Below are positions 57,948 through 64,000 of a DNA stretch of 64,000 nucleotides, in pieces (positions within the stretch are counted from its first letter, which is position 1; each line of letters opens with the position of its first letter). The notes beneath the pieces are model-generated. The model saw nothing but the letters and a program-made list of their open reading frames with translations, had not been told where the DNA came from and ran no database searches. This DNA comes from Candidatus Nanohaloarchaea archaeon (lineage in GTDB: Archaea > Nanohalarchaeota > Nanosalinia > Nanosalinales > Nanosalinaceae). Both the position numbers and the translations under genes were made by a program. The stretch covers positions 1 to 64,000 of the forward strand of contig JBDGRE010000005.1 of assembly GCA_042218325.1 (NCBI GenBank), given 5' to 3'.

Positions 57948-58836
57948 CTACGCTGCCGTCACCGTCGAGGTCCAACCCCCTGACGACACGGTAGAACTCC
58001 CCGCTCCTGTACCCCTGGGCCAGTTCCTCGATATCCTTCAGGGCTCTTATGGCGCCCTGTGTGCCCCGGTTCCGGATTCCTGCGGCCATGTAGATCGCTT
58101 TTCCCGGTTCTTCCGGGTTCTCTGCCTTCTGTACGACGCCTATCGAGTCCTCTGTGTAGCTCTCGTGTGGCGTCTCCAGTTCGTGGTAGGGGAAGCTGTC
58201 GGTCGAGAAACTGGCGGGGAACGCATCGTTGAACTTCATAGTGACCGTGTTCGTGAGGACTCCGCCGACCATTAAGATGTCCTGGCCGAAGTTCCCGGAT
58301 GACACGAGCTCGGTGTCTAGCTGGGTTACCAGTTCCGTTGTCTTCCCGTAGTTCCCCAGGGTCAGTCCCACCTCACCGGCGAGATGGCCGTCCTTCGCCC
58401 TCACCTGGTCGCGGCCATGCTCGTCAGGTGAACCGACGACTATGCATCCGGTTACCCGCCCCTCCTCCACCATGGGCTCAAGGAACTTTCTCGCACCTTC
58501 ACGCGCTGGCGGCACCATCGCCTTCCGGCCGCCCGAACCGAGATCGAGAAGGTAACCGTCCGCTGACGGCCGGTAGAACGTGGCTACGCCACCTGACCTC
58601 TTCTCCTCGTGGTCCTCCTCTATGAGCCCCGCGTCCTCCAGCTTCCTGAAATGGTAGTAAGCCTGTTGCTTCCCGAGATCCATCCTTGACGCTATCTCTG
58701 CCGGGTAGGAAGGGCTGGAGGCAAGTATCTGTAACATCTCTCTTCGCGTATCATCGGTCAGGGCCTTGATGACGGGCCTGTCCAGCTCGGCAGCTTCCAC
58801 GATCTCTCCAGTGTCACGCCTCAGGAACTCGGGCAC
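57919..58836 (-). CDS. ArsR-type HTH regulator with a C-terminal ligand-binding-like domain
   Basis: ALTDDTRREML, YPAEIA, QQAYYHFRKLEDAGLI; IVVGSPDEHG; divergent from glmS. Confidence 0.75.
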   Translation of the reverse strand: MPEFLRRDTGEIVEAAELDRPVIKALTDDTRREMLQILASSPSYPAEIASRMDLGKQQAYYHFRKLEDAGLIEEDHEEKRSGGVATFYRPSADGYLLDLGSGGRKAMVPPAREGARKFLEPMVEEGRVTGCIVVGSPDEHGRDQVRAKDGHLAGEVGLTLGNYGKTTELVTQLDTELVSSGNFGQDILMVGGVLTNTVTMKFNDAFPASFSTDSFPYHELETPHESYTEDSIGVVQKAENPEEPGKAIYMAAGIRNRGTQGAIRALKDIEELAQGYRSGEFYRVVRGLDLDGDGSVDDYEVVEGG

Positions 58837-58925
58837 TAAAGCAGGCTTGAAACCGGTAATATAAATGTTTAACTGGTTCGATGGCTATTAAAATGGTTTG
58901 CGGCCGCTGCAGCACGAAAACCGCT

Positions 58926-58946
58926 GAACCGGTTAAAAATCGGTTC
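58926..58946. promoter_or_regulatory. Palindrome upstream of the glmS TATA box
   Basis: GAACCGGTTAAAAATCGGTTC. Confidence 0.45.
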
Positions 58947-58993
58947 TACCGCCCTTTTTATAACGTGAGCGCTTCATATAGAGAGTGTAAAAG

Positions 58994-60721
58994 ATGTGCG
59001 GGATAGTAGGATACCACGGTGAGGAAGAGGCAGCGGACCACGTCTTCGAGGGCCTGAAGAAGCTTGAGTACCGGGGTTACGACTCCGCAGGGATAGCCAC
59101 CGTCGGCAACCCGTCCATCAAGGTCGAGAAAGGGACCGGCACGGTCGACGAGGCGCTCTCCGAGACACCGGACGGCACAACAGGGATAGGCCACACGCGC
59201 TGGGCCACGCACGGCGGTATCAGCGAGACCAACGCCCACCCGCACGCAGACTGCGAGGGCAGGATAGCGATAGTTCACAACGGTGTTATCGACAACCACC
59301 GCGAGCTGCGAGAGGAGCTTTCAGGCCACCGTTTCCGCTCTGACACAGATACTGAAGTCATCCCGCACCTGCTTGAAGAGGCGCTCCAGCAGCACGGTTC
59401 AAAGAGAGAGGCGGTAGAACACGTCATGCAGCGTATAGAGGGTGCCTACGCCGTCGTGGCTGCGTTCGATACAGGTGAGATGGTTGCGTTCAGGCAGAAC
59501 TCGCCGCTGGTACTCGGGATAGGTGAAGACGAGACCTTCGTAGCGTCAGACGTGACGCCGTTCCTCGAGCACACCGATCGGGCGGTTTTCCTTGAAGAGG
59601 GCGACCTCGCAGTTATCGACGGGAACGGTCACAGAGTCTACCAGGAAGGTGAGGAAGTGGAACGGGAGGTGGAGGATATCGACTGGGACGCGCAGCAGGC
59701 AACGAAGGCCGGCCACGACCACTTCATGGAGAAAGAGATTAAGGAGCAGCCAAAGACCATCAAGCGCGCAGTCTTCCAGGACCGTTCTGAGCTTGAGCAG
59801 GCGAAAGAGATGATAGAAAAGGCCGATAACGTCTACATGACGGCCTGCGGCACCGCGGGCATAGCGGCATCGCTCGGCGCGAAGTACCTCCGGGACGCCG
59901 GTCTCCACCCCGAGGTAGAGCTTTCCCACGAGATGGAGTACCGCAAGGACGAGATAGGAGAGGACGACCTTGTCATAGCGGTAAGCCAGAGCGGGGAAAC
60001 AGCTGATCTTCTCTCCGTACTGCGCGACGTCGAGGCCGACGTTCTTGCGGTCGTCAATGTGGTCGGCTCGACCCTCGCGAGGAATGCCTCGCACACCCTC
60101 TTAGTGAATGCAGGCCCTGAACTCGGTGTCGCGTCGACGAAGGCGTTCACCGGACAGGTGGCGGTGCTGAAGATGCTGAAGTACGCACTTGAGGATAGTA
60201 TCGAGGTAGGCCGCGAATCACTGCTCCAGACCGCGGACAGGGCGAAACAGGTCATGGAGGACAACGAGGAGACTGTGGAGAAGATAAGCGAGTACCTTGC
60301 GGAGAAGGAGGACGCTTACTTCATAGGCAGGAACCGCGGCCACGACCTGGCAAGAGAGGCGGCGCTGAAGCTCAAGGAGCTTTCCTACATACACGCCGAG
60401 GCGTTCCCTGGCGGCGAGTTCAAGCACGGGACCCTCGCACTGGTCGAAGACGGGACCCCGGTGATAAGCTTCCTCAAGGACGACGGCTATGAGGACATAC
60501 TTACCAACACGGCAGAGGCCCAGGGCCGCGGCGCAGATGTCATCTCGGTCGGGACTGACGACCCCCTCGGCTCCGAGTTCTTTATCGAGGTGCCGGAGGA
60601 CGAGAACCGGGAGCTGCTTGAGGTCATCCCGTTCCAGCTTATCGCCTACCTTACCTCGGTGGAGAAAGGCAACAACCCGGACAAGCCTCGAAACCTGGCG
60701 AAGAGCATCACCGTCAAGTAA
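58994..60721 (+). CDS. glmS: Glutamine--fructose-6-phosphate aminotransferase
   Basis: MCGIVG, EYRGYDSAG, GHTRWATHG, SQSGETAD, KHG, PRNLAKSIT. Confidence 0.97.
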   Translation: MCGIVGYHGEEEAADHVFEGLKKLEYRGYDSAGIATVGNPSIKVEKGTGTVDEALSETPDGTTGIGHTRWATHGGISETNAHPHADCEGRIAIVHNGVIDNHRELREELSGHRFRSDTDTEVIPHLLEEALQQHGSKREAVEHVMQRIEGAYAVVAAFDTGEMVAFRQNSPLVLGIGEDETFVASDVTPFLEHTDRAVFLEEGDLAVIDGNGHRVYQEGEEVEREVEDIDWDAQQATKAGHDHFMEKEIKEQPKTIKRAVFQDRSELEQAKEMIEKADNVYMTACGTAGIAASLGAKYLRDAGLHPEVELSHEMEYRKDEIGEDDLVIAVSQSGETADLLSVLRDVEADVLAVVNVVGSTLARNASHTLLVNAGPELGVASTKAFTGQVAVLKMLKYALEDSIEVGRESLLQTADRAKQVMEDNEETVEKISEYLAEKEDAYFIGRNRGHDLAREAALKLKELSYIHAEAFPGGEFKHGTLALVEDGTPVISFLKDDGYEDILTNTAEAQGRGADVISVGTDDPLGSEFFIEVPEDENRELLEVIPFQLIAYLTSVEKGNNPDKPRNLAKSITVK

Positions 60722-60752
60722 GCTTTAAACCGGGCGCCGTCAAATCGAGGAC

Positions 60753-61178
60753 ATGAGAAAGACTCTCTCCGCGGTCCTGCTTATTTCTATGCTGGCAGGG
60801 GCTTCAGCGCACCTGAGTCTTCAGGAGCAGCACCTGCAGGAGATGAAGAGCTCTTTCAACTCTCGGACCGACGACGCGCCGGCTATCGCGGGGGCGCTCG
60901 TCGGCAACCAGACTGTAGTGGCCCACATAAAGGGTAATTCCACGACTGTTAACCTGACCGCAGAGTTCTCCGGCCTCGAGCTGGAGGAACTAAGACGCGG
61001 AAGCACGGGCAACTCCACGGTCGAGGTATGGGTGTCCCGCGAGGCGCTGGTAAGGATAGGGGAGGCGGAGGAACCCCGGGCCGTGATAAGGAAAGCTCTC
61101 GGGAGTGGGGCAGTAAGGGTAGAGGTAAGCGGCTTCTTCAACCAGCTAAGGTTCTCGCTGCTTAAAGCCCTGCTTTAG
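60753..61178 (+). CDS. Secreted hypothetical protein
   Basis: Signal peptide; NxS/T sequons. Confidence 0.6.
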   Translation: MRKTLSAVLLISMLAGASAHLSLQEQHLQEMKSSFNSRTDDAPAIAGALVGNQTVVAHIKGNSTTVNLTAEFSGLELEELRRGSTGNSTVEVWVSREALVRIGEAEEPRAVIRKALGSGAVRVEVSGFFNQLRFSLLKALL

Positions 61179-61864
61179 TCGAGAACGACCGGCTCTGCGA
61201 CCGTCTTTTCCCTGACATCTTCCTCGAACCTTGAAGTATTTGCGGTGGTATGGTCGACGTAGCCGTAGTGTATGGGCACCACTTTATCCGGTTTCACCAT
61301 GTTGATGGCGTCGATGGCCTCGTCCTGGTCCATGGTGTAGTGGCCGCCGACCGGCATGAAAGCCACGTCGATATCACCGGGAAGGTCTCCCATCTCGTCG
61401 ACAGGATCCGTGTCGGATGCATGGTAGAATTTGAGCCCGTCGAGCTCGAATATCACGCCGACGCAGAAACCTTCCGGGTGGAACGGCTCACCGGGGCTCC
61501 GGAACTTGTCGACGTTGTAGGCCGGCACGCCGCGGATCTTGAGGCCGCGAGCCTTCACACTCCTGTTCGGCCTGATAACCTTGTAGCTTACATCATCTGG
61601 CACCTCATCCTCCGATTCCTCGGTGCAGACGAGAACTGTATCATCTTTTTTCAGGGCCTGGATAGCCTTCACATCGAAGTGGTCGAAATGGTCGTGGGTA
61701 GATATTATGACATCGGCCTTCTCCATCTCACGGAGCTCTTCACCGCTCACCGGTTCGCTCCACGGGTCGACGTAAACAGTGAAGCCGTCGGAGTCCCGGA
61801 GTTTGATCGATGCGTGTTCCAGCCAGTCTACCCGGACAGAGTCAAAGGAAGTGGCGCCTCTCAT
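61175..61864 (-). CDS. MBL-fold metallo-hydrolase (UlaG-like)
   Basis: WLEHAS, YVDPW, THDHFDH, YHASDT, PIHY. Confidence 0.85.
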   Translation of the reverse strand: MRGATSFDSVRVDWLEHASIKLRDSDGFTVYVDPWSEPVSGEELREMEKADVIISTHDHFDHFDVKAIQALKKDDTVLVCTEESEDEVPDDVSYKVIRPNRSVKARGLKIRGVPAYNVDKFRSPGEPFHPEGFCVGVIFELDGLKFYHASDTDPVDEMGDLPGDIDVAFMPVGGHYTMDQDEAIDAINMVKPDKVVPIHYGYVDHTTANTSRFEEDVREKTVAEPVVLD

Positions 61865-61921
61865 ACTTGCCAAAAGCCGGACAGAAACGATAAAATACTT
61901 TTGCTGGGCTTCGATACATAG

Positions 61922-62209
61922 ATGCCGGAAAAGGAAATCGCTGAGATACTGCTGAACGCAGACTCCCGTTTCCTCAGCATCCGCGAGATAAGGAAAGAGC
62001 TCTCATCGGATCCGACCCAGGACATGGTAGCCAGGGATGTAGAAAGGATAGCGCGGAAGGCGGGGACAGAATACAGGGAGTGGTTATGGAATAATGGGAA
62101 GTACGACCTGTCGGCTGTCCATGAGTATGAAGAGACAATCCGGAAAGGATACGGCCTCGAATATATTCCAGAACCAGTCCGCGAAGAGCTCGAAGACCTC
62201 GGCCTTTAG
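61922..62209 (+). CDS. Hypothetical protein
   Basis: 95-aa ORF with possible HTH. Confidence 0.55.
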   Translation: MPEKEIAEILLNADSRFLSIREIRKELSSDPTQDMVARDVERIARKAGTEYREWLWNNGKYDLSAVHEYEETIRKGYGLEYIPEPVREELEDLGL

Positions 62210-62841
62210 CTCTGGCGTTCCAGTACCACGCAGTCGATTTCTATGTCTTCAAGCGCTGACTCGAGCGGCCCGGTATCTGTGTCGGAGAAGAACGGAGGAC
62301 CGTAATGGTAAGGCACAACGACCTTGGGCCTGAACCGCTTGGCCATCGCGGCCGCCTCCTCCGCATCCATCGTGAACTCTCCATCGATTGGCAGGAAGGC
62401 GACCTCGATGCGGTCCTCTATAAGCCTGATATCGTCTACTGGTCCTGTATCGCCGGCGACGTAGAAGCTGTTGCCGGCCATCACGAACCGGTATCCCAGT
62501 CCTTCACCCCTCTCATGGTGCTCGTTGTACATCGGAACCGATTCGATTTCCACGCCGTAGATATCTATCGTTTCGTCTTCTTCTATGAACTCTATATCCT
62601 TGCATGGTATCTCCCTGTCCTTCATCGACCCGGGTGCGACCACGACGGTTCTGTCGCCGCAGACCGTCTCCAGCTTCCCGGGGTCGAAATGGCCCTCATC
62701 GGCATGGGTCAGGAGCACCAGGTCGACGCTGGTGTCCGGCGATACCTCGGAGTAAGGGTCGACCGAGAGGGTGAATCCATGGTCTAGGAAACGGAGGGAG
62801 GCGTGACCGTCCCAGAGTATCTCTACGCCGTTGTATTCCAT
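62206..62841 (-). CDS. MBL-fold metallo-hydrolase (UlaG-like paralogue)
   Basis: WDGHAS, VDPY, THADEGH, AGDT, PYHY. Confidence 0.85.
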   Translation of the reverse strand: MEYNGVEILWDGHASLRFLDHGFTLSVDPYSEVSPDTSVDLVLLTHADEGHFDPGKLETVCGDRTVVVAPGSMKDREIPCKDIEFIEEDETIDIYGVEIESVPMYNEHHERGEGLGYRFVMAGNSFYVAGDTGPVDDIRLIEDRIEVAFLPIDGEFTMDAEEAAAMAKRFRPKVVVPYHYGPPFFSDTDTGPLESALEDIEIDCVVLERQS

Positions 62842-62957
62842 CGGGATGTAGAACCGGCCGGAGACCATTTTTAAAACCGTTCCGACCCTGCACCTCTCTG
62901 TAATAAAAAATTACGCTTCAACTGTCCAAAACAGGTCCTGTCTTGCAGAGACCGCTC

Positions 62958-63022
62958 TTTACGATCTGCGGGCACGAAGACCTTATAGGTCTTCTTATAC
63001 CAGCAGATTTACGATCTGCGGG
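62958..63022 (+). repeat. 15-bp direct repeat TTTACGATCTGCGGG flanking a palindrome; second copy overlaps the tRNA-Leu 5' end
   Basis: Copies at 62958-62972 and 63008-63022; GAAGACCTTATAGGTCTTC at 62976-62994 lies between them. Confidence 0.8.
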
Positions 63023-63175
63023 GGTAGCCAAGTGGCCAAAGGCGCAGCGTTCAGGACCGAACTGCTGTCAGTTCGATTAACAGTGAGCATTCAGCCCTGC
63101 GGCTGAACGCACAACGGCAGTCGGAGAGACGCGCTGTCCCTTAGGGGTTCGCAAGTTCAAATCTTGCCCCCCGCA
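63018..63175 (+). tRNA. tRNA-Leu(CAG) with a 75-nt intron at 37/38 (intron 63056-63130)
   Basis: Acceptor GCGGGGG/CCCCCGC, anticodon stem CAGCG/CGCTG, long variable arm, T arm GCAAG-TTCAAAT-CTTGC; relaxed BHB. Confidence 0.9.
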
Positions 63176-63327
63176 TACTTTCCAAGTATGCTCCAAGAAG
63201 TATCGCGCAGCGAATACTTCGCCCCGCACTACTTCGTATTGCTTTCGGCAAGATCTGTGCACAGAAATAACGGGTCGCTGGGGCCACTCGTTACATACTT
63301 TTTATGGCAGGATAAGAAATTCAGGCT

Positions 63328-64000
63328 GTGTCCCACGTCGAGAAGGAAATCCAGCTGAGCGATATCGAGAGGGAGATTCTCTGGGGTATTTCCTCGATCA
63401 CACAGGAGCTGAGGAAAAACTACCGTATCGTGATAAAGTCGAATTTTGGCGTCGATACAGCGGAACTGGAGCTGGCCAAGTGGGGTGAAGACGAGTTCGA
63501 GCGGTCCGTGGCCCAGAACAACCCAGAGGACTCCGGCTGGAGCGACCAGGAGTTCAAACTGCTCCTGAATGAGAAGGTTCGCATCCAGAAACTGCATGAC
63601 TATCTGGATTCTATCCTGAACGGTGGGAGAGGTATAGACCACGCGGGAGTGAGAGATATTATAGAGGAGGACCGTCGAACGGAGAAGGTAGAGAGCCTGC
63701 TTGAGGAGAAGGAGAAAAACGGCAGGCTGGAGATGGGAGGGAAAAACACCGTAAAGTTGAATAAGGCTCTCACGGAGTTTTCCAAGTGCCTGAAGGCGTT
63801 CGAGGAGGGGACAAGAATCCAGACAGAGTCTCTTCCGGAGCAGAGGATAGTCAGCCTGATAGAGAACAACGACTTCGCCAGCAGCGTCCAGGGGGAGAAC
63901 GGGCGGTATATCTTGGGCGGTATACAGTTCCATGGCGAGGTAAGGTTCAACGAGGACAAATACCAGGAATCAGATTACATAGTCTTGGACAGCCTGAACT
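63328..64000 (+). CDS. Hypothetical protein, partial (runs off the window)
   Basis: Open acidic frame VSHVEKEIQLSDIEREILWG... to the window end; in-frame ATG at 63304 is followed by TAA at codon 4. Confidence 0.6.
   Translation, partial: MSHVEKEIQLSDIEREILWGISSITQELRKNYRIVIKSNFGVDTAELELAKWGEDEFERSVAQNNPEDSGWSDQEFKLLLNEKVRIQKLHDYLDSILNGGRGIDHAGVRDIIEEDRRTEKVESLLEEKEKNGRLEMGGKNTVKLNKALTEFSKCLKAFEEGTRIQTESLPEQRIVSLIENNDFASSVQGENGRYILGGIQFHGEVRFNEDKYQESDYIVLDSLN

Noticed and set aside
63229-63933. 234-aa minus-strand ORF
   Set aside because: Antisense to an acidic plus-strand frame that is open to the window end.
1-64000. CRISPR array, rRNA, IS transposase
   Set aside because: No regularly spaced repeats, rRNA signatures or transposase motifs were seen.

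Overview
Gene-dense archaeal chromosome segment of fairly high GC with a strongly acidic proteome. Archaeal markers (Dph2, uL16/L10e, MBF1, PINA-type ATPase, BHB-intron tRNAs), compact spacing and many short orphan genes suggest a halophilic DPANN archaeon, probably Nanohaloarchaeota (inference). Core content includes amino-sugar/nucleotide-sugar genes (glmS, two GlmU-like proteins, a phosphohexomutase), hisG-hisS, YchF, a DEAD-box helicase, class II RNR with NrdR, AlkA and EndoIV, SOD and three tRNAs (Asp; intron-containing Trp and Leu). Main observations: (1) the tRNA-Trp intron encodes a box C/D guide complementary to the spliced anticodon arm, and shares an ~36-nt module with the tRNA-Leu intron; (2) a His-rich 28-aa uORF is translationally coupled to nrdJ; (3) a short-form HisG is coupled to HisRS; (4) a low-GC island carries tRNA T-arm scars; (5) many accessory genes are broken by one or two stops or frameshifts, including a RelE-like fusion; (6) several small proteins are missing from the ORF track (histone fold, zinc finger, AbrB, CutA). 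No CRISPR array, rRNA, transposase or integrase was seen. All family calls come from motif recognition by eye, not database searches.
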